A DNA stretch of 63,908 nucleotides, the filler included, from Licmophora abbreviata (taxonomy: Eukaryota): NCBI GenBank assembly GCA_900291995.1. It is 16 parts of 16 records of this genome, joined end to end, with 100 filler letters (N's around TTAATTAATTAA, not from the genome) between each part and the next. Parts side by side here need not be neighbours in the genome. Positions count along the whole stretch, not along the records: positions 51,713 to 57,300 come from OLMU01001803.1; positions 57,401 to 59,892 come from OLMU01001804.1; positions 59,993 to 62,639 come from OLMU01001805.1; 13 more parts are not named here. One strand, given 5' to 3'. This document shows, one piece after another, positions 52,229-62,402 of the stretch. The notes beneath the pieces were generated by a model. That model searched no databases and was not told the origin of the DNA. It was given only the letters and a program-made list of their open reading frames with translations. Both the position numbers and the translations under genes were made by a program. How positions within the stretch are numbered: the stretch's first letter is position 1; every line of letters begins with the position of its first letter.

Positions 52229-53919
52229 TCGGCGGCCACCGCAAGGAAGGGATAGGCCCAGTCATCGCCCGAACGGTCGCCCAGTTCATGCGGGAAGGGG
52301 GCGTGTTGATACATGTTGATGCGCAGCCAGCGGTCCGAGCGCGGATCGAAATGGCAGGCGCCGAAGAAGCTGAGTTTCAGGCGCAGCATGTCGATCGGCA
52401 TCATGGTGGCGTCGATCGTGTTGTCGCGGATCTCGGCATAGGGCAGGCGCGCGGCGATCTGGGCGCGGCGCACGATGTGGCGATGCTGCGGGTGGCGCAT
52501 GAGGAAGCCGGCCACGCTGTCATCCGTTGCGTCGGACAGATCCGCCCAGAGGCGGGCGGCGTCGCGACCGGGGCAGAGCGGTTGTTCATAGGGTTCGATC
52601 GGCTCGTCGAAGCGTTCGCCAAGGCGGGGTTCGAGCTTGGCTTCGGAGGTGTACCAGACGCGGGCTTGCGCCGCGGGGCTGGTCCAGTCGATGGCGAGCG
52701 CCCAGCCGTAAATCTCCTGCACGAGCGCGCGCAGGCGTGCGGTGCTCATGGCACCGTCGATGCGCCATGTGGCGGCCTCGTCGGCGGCCATGCAGCAGGC
52801 CAGCGGATCGACCAGATGCGGGTATGGTTCGAGCAGGAGCGAGGCCAGAAGTTCCTGACCTTCGAGCGTGAGCGCGCCTTCCGCCCAGAGCCACAGCCGG
52901 TTCCAAGGCTGGTCTGCCTGCAAATCGGCGGTGGCGAGATGCGCCAGAAGGGCCGCCATGTCGGCGCGCAGCGCCTCCAGTTTGGCGATCTGCACGGGGT
53001 GATCGGAGTGCCAGTCGGCGGCATGAAGCTGTGCGCGGATCGCGAAGCGGCGCAGGGTCTGGGCTTCGTCGGCAGAGGCATGAGGCAGGCTGCGGATACG
53101 GGCCAGCGCCTCTTCGCGGGTGGCGATCCAGTTGTTCAGGAGCGCGGGATGGGTGACCAGAAACGGGGCCATGCCAAGCCCGGTGGAATTGCCGATGCCG
53201 AAGCGGCGGCGCAGATCGGGGTCGAGCGGCACGGCGGTGTCGGGCGCGCGCATCCGGGCCATGTGTTCGACAAGGTCCATGACGAAGGCGCGGGTCAGGT
53301 AAACAGACAGCATCTCGATCTGGAAGGGGGCCTGACATTCGGGGCGGTGGGCGACCTGTTCGCGGTCCGCCGCACCAAACTTGCCTGAGCCGTAGACGGC
53401 GGTGGTGCGCATCAGATACCCCACCTCGGCCACGCGGGCAGGGTCGGGTTGATGGCCCGAGGCAAGGCTGTCCACCACGTGATCCCAAAGTCGGACGGAC
53501 CGGTTGGCGCGGCTGAGAGAAAGCTCTTTTTCGGATACGCGGCCGGCCTCTTGCCGGGGCACGTTAGCCTGCAGTCGGTCAAGATCGGCGGTGTCGGGCA
53601 CGCCGTCGAACAATGTGAAGGTCGCGTCCCATTCGGTGGCGATCACCCGGTCCGAGCGTTTTTCGGGGGGCAGGTCGTTGGCGAAGGCGACAAGCGAATA
53701 GCTGCGGTCGGGGCCGTGGGCGGTATAGACTGCGCGGCCCACGCCGCGCGCGTCGATATCGAATAGGGCGCATTCGAAGCGCCAGCCCTCGGATTGCAGG
53801 CGGCGCAGCAGGATGCGCATGAAGCTTAGGCGGGATTGATGAAAGGAGCCGAGCCGGTCAAGCCGCATCACGACATCGGGATGCCGGGGGGCTACGGGCT
53901 GCGTGTCAGGCTGGTGCAT
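52225..53919 (-). CDS. conserved hypothetical protein (564 aa)
   Basis: Host-like codon usage, RBS GGAGGAG, overlap with next gene; conserved-looking blocks 'GYLMRTTAVYGSGKFG', 'GIGNSTGLGMAPF', 'WYTSEAKLEPRLG' and 'FDPRSDRW'. Confidence 0.85.
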   Translation of the reverse strand: MHQPDTQPVAPRHPDVVMRLDRLGSFHQSRLSFMRILLRRLQSEGWRFECALFDIDARGVGRAVYTAHGPDRSYSLVAFANDLPPEKRSDRVIATEWDATFTLFDGVPDTADLDRLQANVPRQEAGRVSEKELSLSRANRSVRLWDHVVDSLASGHQPDPARVAEVGYLMRTTAVYGSGKFGAADREQVAHRPECQAPFQIEMLSVYLTRAFVMDLVEHMARMRAPDTAVPLDPDLRRRFGIGNSTGLGMAPFLVTHPALLNNWIATREEALARIRSLPHASADEAQTLRRFAIRAQLHAADWHSDHPVQIAKLEALRADMAALLAHLATADLQADQPWNRLWLWAEGALTLEGQELLASLLLEPYPHLVDPLACCMAADEAATWRIDGAMSTARLRALVQEIYGWALAIDWTSPAAQARVWYTSEAKLEPRLGERFDEPIEPYEQPLCPGRDAARLWADLSDATDDSVAGFLMRHPQHRHIVRRAQIAARLPYAEIRDNTIDATMMPIDMLRLKLSFFGACHFDPRSDRWLRINMYQHAPFPHELGDRSGDDWAYPFLAVAAE

Positions 53920-53985
53920 GGGGCTCCTCCGGTCTTGTCATATCAGATGATAGGGCGGCCCGGCCAGCGGACCGCCCCTTTTTTA

Positions 53986-55542
53986 TCATGCGTCGCCGCG
54001 GCCCTTGGCAAGGGTGATGCGCAGCGCGTCCCACAGTGAAGGCAGCAACACCAGCGACACCGGTACGGCGGTGACGACGATGAAGCTTTGCAGTTTGCCG
54101 ATGCCGCCCGAGCCTGTGTAGATCAGGATCAGCGCCATCGCGCCCATGGCAGCCCCCCAGAACATGCGCACCGGCAGGGCGGGCTTGTCCTCGGAAGACA
54201 TGGCGACCGAGATCACATAGGTCATCGAGTCGCCCGTCGTGGCCACGAACACCGTGGTCAGGATCAGGAACAGGATCGATACGATGAAGCCCATCGGCAA
54301 TTGCTGGGTGATGGCCAGAAGGGCCGCAGGCAGGTTGAAGCCTTCGAAGGCGGTCGAGACCGAGCCGGGGTTGGTGAGTTCCTGGCTGAGGCCGGTGCCG
54401 CCCACGATAGTGAACCAGAACGCGGTCACGATGGGTGCCACGATCGACAGCATGATGATGATCGACCGGATCGACCGGCCCCGCGACACGCGCGCGATGA
54501 ACATCGCCATCAGAGGGCCGTAGCCAAGGAACCAGCCCCAGAAGAACACCGTCCACCAGCCCAGCCAGCCCGGCTCGCCAAAGAGACCCGCATCGCCGCG
54601 ATAAAGCGCCATGCCGAAGAAATCGGTCACATAGGTCGTGAAGCCGCCGACAAAGCCCTTGAGAATGAACATGGTGGGGCCGGCGATCAGCATGAACACC
54701 AGCAGAAGCCCGGCAAGGATCACATTGAACCGGCTGAGGATCTGGATGCCCTTGGACAGGCCTGTCATGGCCGAGATCGTATAGATCGCGACCAGTCCGA
54801 GGATCACGACCGCCTGTGTGGCGAAGGTGTCGGGAAGACCGAACAGAGCGCCCAGGCCATAGCTGACCTGCAGGCCCAGAAAGCCGATGGGGCCGACGGT
54901 GCCCGCCACCACGGCGATGATGCAGGACGCATCCGCAATGAGGCCGATGGGGCCGTTGATCGCCTTGTCGCCGAACACCGGGTAAAGCAGCGTGCGCGGC
55001 GAGAGCGGCAGGCCCTTTTCATAGTGGTAATGCATCAGCATCACGGTGGTCAGCGCGCCAAGGATCGCCCATGCCAGAAAGCCCCAATGCATGAAGCTTT
55101 GCGCCAGCGCCGGGTTGACGGCGTCGGGCGTCGCGGCCTCGGCTCCGAAATGGGGCGGCGAGGACAGGAAATGCGCCATCGGCTCGCTCGCGGCCCAGAA
55201 CACGCCACCGCCGGCCAGCAGGGTGCACATGATCATCGCGCCCCACTGGAACAGCGGGAACTCGGGCCGGTCGAGCCCGCCCATGATGGCCTTGCTGCCC
55301 GGCAGCACCACCAGAACCAGCCCCATCAGGAAGGTTCCCAGAAGCAGAAGCTGCCAGTAGAGGCCGAAATATTTTGCCGAGAAGGCAAAGCTGGCATCGA
55401 CCATGCGCGACAGCAGGTCTAGGTCAAAAAGCGCGATCAGGCAGAAGATCGCGATGAAGCCGCCGGTGATGGCGAAAAGCGGCTTGTTGATGTGATGAAG
55501 TCCGCCACTGGAGGCGTTGGTCTTGTGTGTGATGTCGGACAT
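53986..55542 (-). CDS. BCCT family transporter
   Basis: About 12 TM; 'SFMHWGFLAW', 'KGIQILS.FN', 'WWTVFFWGWFLGYGP..AMFIARVSRGR'. Confidence 0.93.
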   Translation of the reverse strand: MSDITHKTNASSGGLHHINKPLFAITGGFIAIFCLIALFDLDLLSRMVDASFAFSAKYFGLYWQLLLLGTFLMGLVLVVLPGSKAIMGGLDRPEFPLFQWGAMIMCTLLAGGGVFWAASEPMAHFLSSPPHFGAEAATPDAVNPALAQSFMHWGFLAWAILGALTTVMLMHYHYEKGLPLSPRTLLYPVFGDKAINGPIGLIADASCIIAVVAGTVGPIGFLGLQVSYGLGALFGLPDTFATQAVVILGLVAIYTISAMTGLSKGIQILSRFNVILAGLLLVFMLIAGPTMFILKGFVGGFTTYVTDFFGMALYRGDAGLFGEPGWLGWWTVFFWGWFLGYGPLMAMFIARVSRGRSIRSIIIMLSIVAPIVTAFWFTIVGGTGLSQELTNPGSVSTAFEGFNLPAALLAITQQLPMGFIVSILFLILTTVFVATTGDSMTYVISVAMSSEDKPALPVRMFWGAAMGAMALILIYTGSGGIGKLQSFIVVTAVPVSLVLLPSLWDALRITLAKGRGDA

Positions 55543-55585
55543 TCTGTTCTCCCTGCGAATATCCTTGGGGTGGGCACTTGGGCCC

Positions 55586-56581
55586 TTATGTGTCCGGCGT
55601 TATGTCAGCCGGGGTGAAGTTCTGTTCGAAAAAGCGCAGCCAGTTGTCGCCCATCAGGCCCGCAACCTCGGTGTCGTTGAACCCGGCGCGGCGTAGGCCG
55701 TCCTCGATGTTGCTGAAATCGCGGTTGTCGCGGAACCAGTCGGGTTGCGGCGGGAAGCCGGGGGCTGTGGCCGAGCCTTCGCCATAGTCGATTTCCTTGG
55801 TCCAGCGACCGACGCGCATCCATTCCACGACGCTGTCGGGCTGGTCCTGACACAGATCGCTGCCGATGCCGAAATGCTGAACGCCGAAGCGGTCAGCAGC
55901 GGTGGCGATCATCTGGCAGAAGCTGTCGATCGTGCAGTCGGACTTGCCCTGCAGGTGATGGGGATAGAGTGAAAAGCCCATCATCCCGCCATTTGCTACA
56001 ACGGCGCGCACCACGTCGTCGCGCTTGTTGCGCAGGGCGGGTTGCCATGAATGCAGGTTGGCATGGGTGATGGCGATGGGGCGCTCGGAGATATCGGCGG
56101 CCTCGATGGTGGAGCGGTCGGCGGAATGGCTCATGTCGACGACCATGCCGACGCGGTTCATTTCCTTGATGATCTGACGGCCCATGCGGGTGATGCCGGG
56201 ATCTTCGGCCTCGTAGCAGCCCGTCGCCAGAAGGGACTGGTTGTTGTAGCTGAGCTGCATGAAGCGTGCGCCCAGCTTGTGCAGCACCTCGACGAGACCG
56301 ATATCGTCTTCGATCGGGCTTGGGTTCTGGAAGCCGAAAAAGATCGCGGTGCGCCCGGTGTCGCGAGCGCGGACCACGTCGCTGGCCCATTCCCCGTGAA
56401 AGATCAGATCGGGGAATTGTTCGAACCAGCGGTTCCATTTCTCCATATTGAGGACGGTTTCACGGAAATTCTCGTGATAGGCGATGGTGACATGGACCGC
56501 ATCGACACCGCCCTCGCGCATCTGGCGGAAGATCTTTTCGGACCAGTTGGCATATTGCAGGCAGTCGATGCGATATCCCAC
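55586..56581 (-). CDS. membrane (renal) dipeptidase family protein (M19-like)
   Basis: 'IDCLQY', 'QLSYN', 'EMNRVGMVVDMSH', 'ITHAN', 'RNK.D' and 'GIGSD'. Confidence 0.9.
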   Translation of the reverse strand: MGYRIDCLQYANWSEKIFRQMREGGVDAVHVTIAYHENFRETVLNMEKWNRWFEQFPDLIFHGEWASDVVRARDTGRTAIFFGFQNPSPIEDDIGLVEVLHKLGARFMQLSYNNQSLLATGCYEAEDPGITRMGRQIIKEMNRVGMVVDMSHSADRSTIEAADISERPIAITHANLHSWQPALRNKRDDVVRAVVANGGMMGFSLYPHHLQGKSDCTIDSFCQMIATAADRFGVQHFGIGSDLCQDQPDSVVEWMRVGRWTKEIDYGEGSATAPGFPPQPDWFRDNRDFSNIEDGLRRAGFNDTEVAGLMGDNWLRFFEQNFTPADITPDT

Positions 56582-56586
56582 GGGGC

Positions 56587-58165
56587 TTACTCCGGCAGGC
56601 CTGCGGCGATGTAGGCCGTCTTAACCGTGGTGTAGAACTCGCGCGCATGGATGCCCTGTTCGCGCGGCCCGTAAGAGCTGTCGCCCCGCCCGCCGAAGGG
56701 CACGTGATAGTCGGTGCCTGCGGTGGGCAGGTTGACGGTGACAACGCCGGTGCGCGCGTTGCGGCGGAAATGGGTGGCGCGGGCGAGGTTTTTGGTGACG
56801 ATCCCCGAGGTCAGGCCGAAATTGGTATCATTCACGGTAGCCAGAGCCTCGTCATAGGAGTCGACCTTGATGACGGCGGCCAATGGGGCGAACATTTCCT
56901 CGCGGTTGATGCGCATCTTGTTGGTGGTGTTCACGAAGACGCCGGGGGACATGAAGTAGCCATCGGTCTCGAGTGTGAGGCGCGCGCCGCCACAGGCCAG
57001 CTCGGCGCCCTCGGATTTGCCAAGCTCGACATAGGCGAGGTTTTCCGAAAGCTGCTGTTCGCTGACCACGGGGCCGATCTGGGTGCCTGCGGCCAGCGCG
57101 TGCCCGACTTTCATTGCCTGTGCTCCGGCCACGAGTTTGTCGACGAAGGCGTCATGGACCGCCGCATGCACGATCAGCCGCGAGGAGGCGGTGCATTTCT
57201 GCCCGGTGCCACCGAAAGCGCCGCCAAGCGCCAGCGTGACCGCCAGATCGAGATCGGCGTCGTCCATCACCGCAAGGGCGTTTTTCGAGCCCATTTCCAT
57301 NNNNNNNNNNNNNNNNNNNNNNNNNNNNNNNNNNNNNNNNNNNNTTAATTAATTAANNNNNNNNNNNNNNNNNNNNNNNNNNNNNNNNNNNNNNNNNNNN
57401 AAGGGCGTTTTTCGAGCCCATTTCCATCTGCACCCGTGTCAGGTTGCCGATGGCCGCCATAGCGATCCCCTTTCCCACCGGCACCGAGCCGGTGAACGAG
57501 ATCGCATCGACCTTGGGGCTTTCGACAAGGCGCTGGCCCACGTCGCGGCCTGCGCCCATCACAAGTTGGAACAGACCTTTGGGGATGTCCTGCCGGGTGA
57601 TGATCTCGGTCAGGGCATGGGCCGAGGCGGGGGTCAGGTTGGCGGGTTTCCAGATCACCGCGTTGCCGTAAGCCAGCGCCGGGGCGATCTTCCAGCTGGC
57701 CGTGGCGGTGGGGAAGTTCCAGGGGCTGATGACGGCGACGGTGCCGACCGGTTCGCGGCGTACATCAACCTCGATGCCGGGGCGGACGCTGTCGGCGTTC
57801 TCGCCCAGTTGGCGCAGGATTTCATGGGCGTAATAGGTGAAGAATTGCCCGGCGCGATAGACCTCGCCCTTGCCTTCGGCGAGGGGTTTGCCCTCTTCGC
57901 GGCTGAGCAGAGTGCCCAGTTCTTCGGCGCGCGTCATCATTTCGGTGCCGATCGCCATCAGGACGGCTTGCTTGCGCTCGAGGCCGTAAGCGGCCCATTC
58001 GGCCTGCGCGCTGCGGGCGGCGTCAAGGGCGGTGTCCAGTTGATCGGGGGTGGCTTGTGTGAAGAGGCCGACAAGATCCTTCAGATCCGAGGGGTTGCGG
58101 TTTTCGATCTCGCTGCCACCAGCGACCCATTCGCCCGCGATATGGTTCAATTTGGTGTCGGTCAT
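56587..58165 (-). CDS. aldehyde dehydrogenase (one gene; linker 57301-57400 has a 27-bp contig overlap)
   Basis: 'ISPWNFP', 'WKPA', 'FTGS', 'EMGSKN', 'GQKCTA', 'EEMFAP' and 'PFGG'. Confidence 0.95.
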
Positions 58166-58249
58166 GGTGCAGCCCCCGTTCTGAGTCGGTCTTCGAAGAT
58201 GATGCGGGGCAGAAGGGCAGAGAGAAGCGTTTCAGGCAAACGCAAACTT

Positions 58250-58275
58250 CTGAAGAAAAATTCAGCAACTCTGAA
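58250..58275. promoter_or_regulatory. probable LysR-type operator upstream of the ALDH operon
   Basis: Dyad TTCAG-CAACT-CTGAA (58261-58275) contains T-N11-A; a further CTGAA half-site sits at 58250. Confidence 0.6.
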
Positions 58276-58297
58276 GTGATGCTGAAACGGAGCGCGC

Positions 58298-59179
58298 TCA
58301 GGCCTGGGGGGCGGGCAAGTCGGCGCTGCGGATCGCGCGTGCAAGAGCCTGAACGGCCGGCGTCATCAGGGGGGTGGGCGGTGTCAGCATCCAGACCTCG
58401 CGCCGCGCGCTGCTGTCGAGAAGTGGCAGGAAGGCCAGATCCTCATCGGCGCGCTGCATGGCAAGTTCGGGTAGCAGCGTGACACCCGCGCCCGCGCGCA
58501 CCATGCTGAGCAGCGAGGCAGTGTTGGCCACGTTGAGGCGCGACGCTTCGAGCAGCGGCAAAAAGCCATCGTCCTGGATCAGATGGCACAGGCCGTTGGC
58601 GATGAACTGGCTGCCATTCAGATCCGACCAACGCAGATCAGACCAGTCGCGCGCAAGCGGGTGATCGGACCGGCAGACGACCCCGAAACGGTCGGTAAAA
58701 ATCAGATGGCGCTCGAATCCCGGCATTGGGGGCAGGGTGGCCAGCCCTATATCGGCCCGGCCCGCGGCAAGATCGTCCTGCACCGCAGCCGAATGGCTGT
58801 CGCGCATATCCACATGCACGCCGGGATGCGCCGCCATGAAGCTGCGCAGGATCGACGGCATGATGACCTGACCCACCGACGGCGTGACGGCCAGCCGGAC
58901 ATGCCCGGCCTCGGCGCGGGACATGCCTTCGATCGCGGCGATCGTGCGGTCGAAATGGTCAAGTTCGCGGCGGGCCTCGGCGTGGATCAATTCACCAAGG
59001 GGCGTCAGGCGGGATTTGCGCGCACTTTCGAAAAGGGGCGCGCCGATGTGATCCTCGAACTGGCGCAGCATCATCGACACGGCCGAGGGCGTGCGGCCCA
59101 GCACTTCGGCGGCATCCGCAAGGCTGCCTTGTTCGGCGACGGCCCGAAAGCAGCGAAGCATCTCGATCTTGATCGCCAA
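58298..59179 (-). CDS. LysR family regulator
   Basis: 'LRCFRAVAEQGSLADAAEVLGRTPSAVSMMLRQFEDHIGAPLF'. Probable TTG start at 59179. Confidence 0.93.
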   Translation of the reverse strand: MAIKIEMLRCFRAVAEQGSLADAAEVLGRTPSAVSMMLRQFEDHIGAPLFESARKSRLTPLGELIHAEARRELDHFDRTIAAIEGMSRAEAGHVRLAVTPSVGQVIMPSILRSFMAAHPGVHVDMRDSHSAAVQDDLAAGRADIGLATLPPMPGFERHLIFTDRFGVVCRSDHPLARDWSDLRWSDLNGSQFIANGLCHLIQDDGFLPLLEASRLNVANTASLLSMVRAGAGVTLLPELAMQRADEDLAFLPLLDSSARREVWMLTPPTPLMTPAVQALARAIRSADLPAPQA

Positions 59180-59278
59180 ATTCAGCGCCTCTTCATTTTG
59201 AGCGACAATGCGCACTATGCGCTGAAGTTAAGGGGCTGAAGTGGCGCTGTCCAGCCGGTGGCGCGGCGGTGCAGCGCG

Positions 59279-59892
59279 TCAGTCGTGCGCAAGCCAGCCG
59301 GTGATGATGTCCAGCAGCGCGGCGGGGTCTTCTTCGTGGGCAAGGTGGCCCAGCCCCTCGATCCGGCGAATTTGCGCATTGGGAAGCAGGCGGGCGGCGC
59401 GGGTCGAGACCTCGGGGGAGACAGCTTTGTCCTGCGCGCCGGTGATCAGCAGGCAGCGCGCCGTGATCCCGGGCAGATGGGGCAGGAGCGCGTCGATATC
59501 CCATTGGGCCATCATCTGAAGCGTGGCTTCCACATGGCTGCGGTCGGAAATCAGGCGGGCATAAAGGCCAAGTCCCGCCTCATCCAGCGTTGAGCCCGTG
59601 CTGTCGATCAGGCGACGCGCGCGGTCTTCATGGTTGCGGCCAAGGGTGAAGGCGGTCGCGGTCAACGGGTTCAGCGCCAGCACCTTGGCGAGCATCGGAA
59701 AGAGCCAGCCCGCGACACCTTCGAAACGGTCGAGCGCGGCGTTGATGCCGATCACATCGGGTGGCGTGCCGTCGGGGCGTGTCATGTGGCGCGCAAGATC
59801 GAGCGCCAGCGCGGCGCCCGCCGAATGGCCGATGATGGCATGAGGTTGCCAGCCTTCGGCGGCGCAGAGGGCGGCGATATCCTCGGACATGG
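59279..59892 (-). CDS. bchO: BchO alpha/beta hydrolase (Mg-chelatase accessory), C-terminal part
   Basis: 'GHSAG', 'FEGVAGWLFP.LAK.LALNP', 'MMAQW' and 'GHLAHEE'; follows bchD. Confidence 0.87.
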
Positions 59893-59992
59893 NNNNNNNN
59901 NNNNNNNNNNNNNNNNNNNNNNNNNNNNNNNNNNNNTTAATTAATTAANNNNNNNNNNNNNNNNNNNNNNNNNNNNNNNNNNNNNNNNNNNN

Positions 59993-60587
59993 TGTCGATG
60001 CCGAAGCGCGCGGCCAACGCGGTGAGCGTGGTCAGATCGTCGGAGGTGGCGGTGACATGGGCCAATCGGGCACGGGCGGCATCGATATCGCCGGGGGCGG
60101 GCAGGCGGGCGATGGCCTCGGGCCAGCGGGTGTCGTCCAGATCCACATCAAAGGCCAGCCGGTCGCGCAGTCCGGAGGGGGCGTGTTCGTCGCTGTCGAT
60201 CCCCTCGTCCAGCAGGATCAGGCCATGTCCGCGCGCGGCATCGAGGATCTGGCCAAGCCGGGCCGCAAGGCCCGGTGAGGCTCGCTCGGCCATGGGGAGG
60301 ATCAACAGGGCCGGCGTTTCGGCCAGCCCGGGGTCCAGCACAAGACGCCCTTCGGCCAGTGTCGCGGCAATGTCAGGGCCGCCGAAAAGCTGTGTGTCCG
60401 AAATCTCGGGGTGGATGCGCCGTTGCGTCATCGGCAGACGGGTGATCGCATTTTCGAAGGCCTGTCGCACCGGACCGCAGCGCGCCCGCAGGGTCAGCCC
60501 GCGCAAGCCCGTCGGGTCCACCGCCAGCAGCGCCAGCGCGCGAAGGCCGCGCGACCAGGCCGAGGCGGGAACCCGGTCTTCGGTCAT
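59993..60587 (-). CDS. bchD: magnesium chelatase subunit D, N-terminal part
   Basis: 'LLAVDP.GL.G..LRAR.GPVR', 'PMAER' and 'LLDEG'; overlaps the bchI stop. Confidence 0.9.
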
Positions 60588-61588
60588 CCCAGCACATCCG
60601 CCACGCAGCGCGCGACGCGGGCGCCCGATCCGGCCTCGTCCAGCGGATCGCGGCGCAGACGGTGGCTGAGGGCAAGGGGCGCCACGGCGCGCAGGTGATC
60701 GCGGCTGACGGTATCGGCGCCCTCATAGGCGGCAAGCGCGCGGGCGGCGCGCAGCAGCGTCAACTCTCCGCGCAGACCGTCGGCACCAAGGGCCACGCAG
60801 AGCTTGGCGCAATCGCGCAGGATGGCATCACCGGCTTCGGTGCTGTCCAATGTGGCGCGGGCCGACAGAATACGGTCGCGGATCGTGGCATCCTTGTCCT
60901 GCCATGCGGCAAGGAAAGCGTCAGGGGTCATGTCGAAGGCGTCACGACGGCGGATCACCTCGATCCGTTCGTCGATATCGGTGGGCGAGGTCACCTCGAC
61001 CGAGAGGCCGAAGCGGTCCAGAAGCTGGGGACGCAATTCGCCCTCTTCGGGGTTGCCCGAGCCGACCAGCACGAAGCGTGCGGGATGGCGGATCGACAGC
61101 CCCTCGCGCTCGACAACGTTTTCGCCGGATTGGGCCACGTCGAGCAACAGGTCGACGATGTGATCCTCAAGCAGATTGACCTCGTCGATATAGAGATAGC
61201 CGCGATTGGCGCGCGCCAGAAGGCCCGGCTGAAACGCCTTTTCCCCTTGGGTCAGCGCGCGCTCGATATCCAGAGCGCCGGTCACACGATCTTCGGTCAC
61301 GCCAAGCGGCAGGTCGATCACCGGGGTGGGGCGCTCGATGGTGTCGGTCGTCGTGATCCCGGCCCAGTCGGGGCAGTCGGCGGCAGTGGCGGCATTGACC
61401 GGACAGCCCTTGATCGCCGTGATCGGAGGCAGGAGGGCGGCCAGAGACCGGACAGCGGTGGATTTGCCCGTGCCGCGGTCGCCGAACACCAGCACGCCGC
61501 CCAGACGGGGTTCGATCGCGGTCAGGATCATGGCCAGTTTCATCTGCTCCTGGCCGACGATGGCGGAAAACGGGAAAGCTGCTGTCAT
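60584..61588 (-). CDS. bchI: magnesium chelatase subunit I
   Basis: 'FPFSAIVGQ', 'GDRGTGKST', 'YIDEVNLL' and 'NPEEGELRPQLLDRFG'. Confidence 0.97.
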   Translation of the reverse strand: MTAAFPFSAIVGQEQMKLAMILTAIEPRLGGVLVFGDRGTGKSTAVRSLAALLPPITAIKGCPVNAATAADCPDWAGITTTDTIERPTPVIDLPLGVTEDRVTGALDIERALTQGEKAFQPGLLARANRGYLYIDEVNLLEDHIVDLLLDVAQSGENVVEREGLSIRHPARFVLVGSGNPEEGELRPQLLDRFGLSVEVTSPTDIDERIEVIRRRDAFDMTPDAFLAAWQDKDATIRDRILSARATLDSTEAGDAILRDCAKLCVALGADGLRGELTLLRAARALAAYEGADTVSRDHLRAVAPLALSHRLRRDPLDEAGSGARVARCVADVLG

Positions 61589-62292
61589 GTCTGTCCTGAG
61601 AGTTTGGCAAGCGGTTGGCCGCCATTCCATGTGCCACGTGTATCGAGCACTTGGAAGCGGGCGTAAAGTTCTTCGCGAAACCAATTGCCGTCGCGAACGG
61701 CACGGATGGCGCGGGCATGGGGGCCGTCATGACGCGCAAAGGCGGCCATGGCGTCGGCATCGGGCCAGATCGAGAAGGTGATCTGATGCAGCAGGGGCAC
61801 CTCGCCGATACCGATCTTGAAGGCGACATTCGGATCGTGCCCGATCACCGCGCTGATATCGGGGACCCGCCGCCAGAACCGCAACGCCGCCGAGGGACGC
61901 ACGGTGGCGCGGGTGAGGGCCGCCAATGCGCCGGTGTCCTGATGGTGGTCCGATTGAAACGGGACCACGCCCGACCAGTTCCCACGTACGGAAGTCGGTC
62001 CGAGAAATACGCTCCAGGCCTCGATGGCGCGGCGTTCGTAGCGGCGGAAGATCGCGGCATCGCGGGTTTGCCTGCGGGCGGTTTCGAGATCGGGCCATGT
62101 CGCGAGAATCGCATAAACAGCGGTGTTGGGCACGGGGGTGAAGCCTTCGCCGGTGCCCGAACCGCAGAGCTTCCAGAAGCCGATGCCGTCAACGCGCGGC
62201 AGTGACAACCGCGCAAATCCCATCATGGCGAAGGCCCATAAACGGTCGGCGCCTGAGGAAAAACGATAAAAACTGAGGCTGACGGTTTGTAT
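61585..62292 (-). CDS. crtA: spheroidene monooxygenase (probable ATA start)
   Basis: 'FWKLCGSGTGEGFTP.PN', 'ALTRAT', 'FKIGIGEVP', 'GPHARAI' and 'WFREELYARF'. The frame extends 22 codons upstream of ATG 62226 to an ATA preceded by AGGAG. Confidence 0.9.
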   Translation of the reverse strand: MQTVSLSFYRFSSGADRLWAFAMMGFARLSLPRVDGIGFWKLCGSGTGEGFTPVPNTAVYAILATWPDLETARRQTRDAAIFRRYERRAIEAWSVFLGPTSVRGNWSGVVPFQSDHHQDTGALAALTRATVRPSAALRFWRRVPDISAVIGHDPNVAFKIGIGEVPLLHQITFSIWPDADAMAAFARHDGPHARAIRAVRDGNWFREELYARFQVLDTRGTWNGGQPLAKLSGQT

Positions 62293-62313
62293 GGGGCGGC
62301 TCCTGCGTGGTCT

Positions 62314-62386
62314 TGTTGATGATTATTGACACGGTTTTAGGGTCGTGAAAAGGGCTGCACGTCGAGATTGTCAACTAAACTAGACA
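62314..62386. promoter_or_regulatory. two PpsR/CrtJ boxes (TGT-N12-ACA) in the divergent crtA-crtI promoter
   Basis: TGTTGATGATTATTGACA (62314-62331) and TGTCAACTAAACTAGACA (62369-62386). Confidence 0.85.
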
Positions 62387-62402
62387 CGTGTAGTCTTGGC
62401 TT

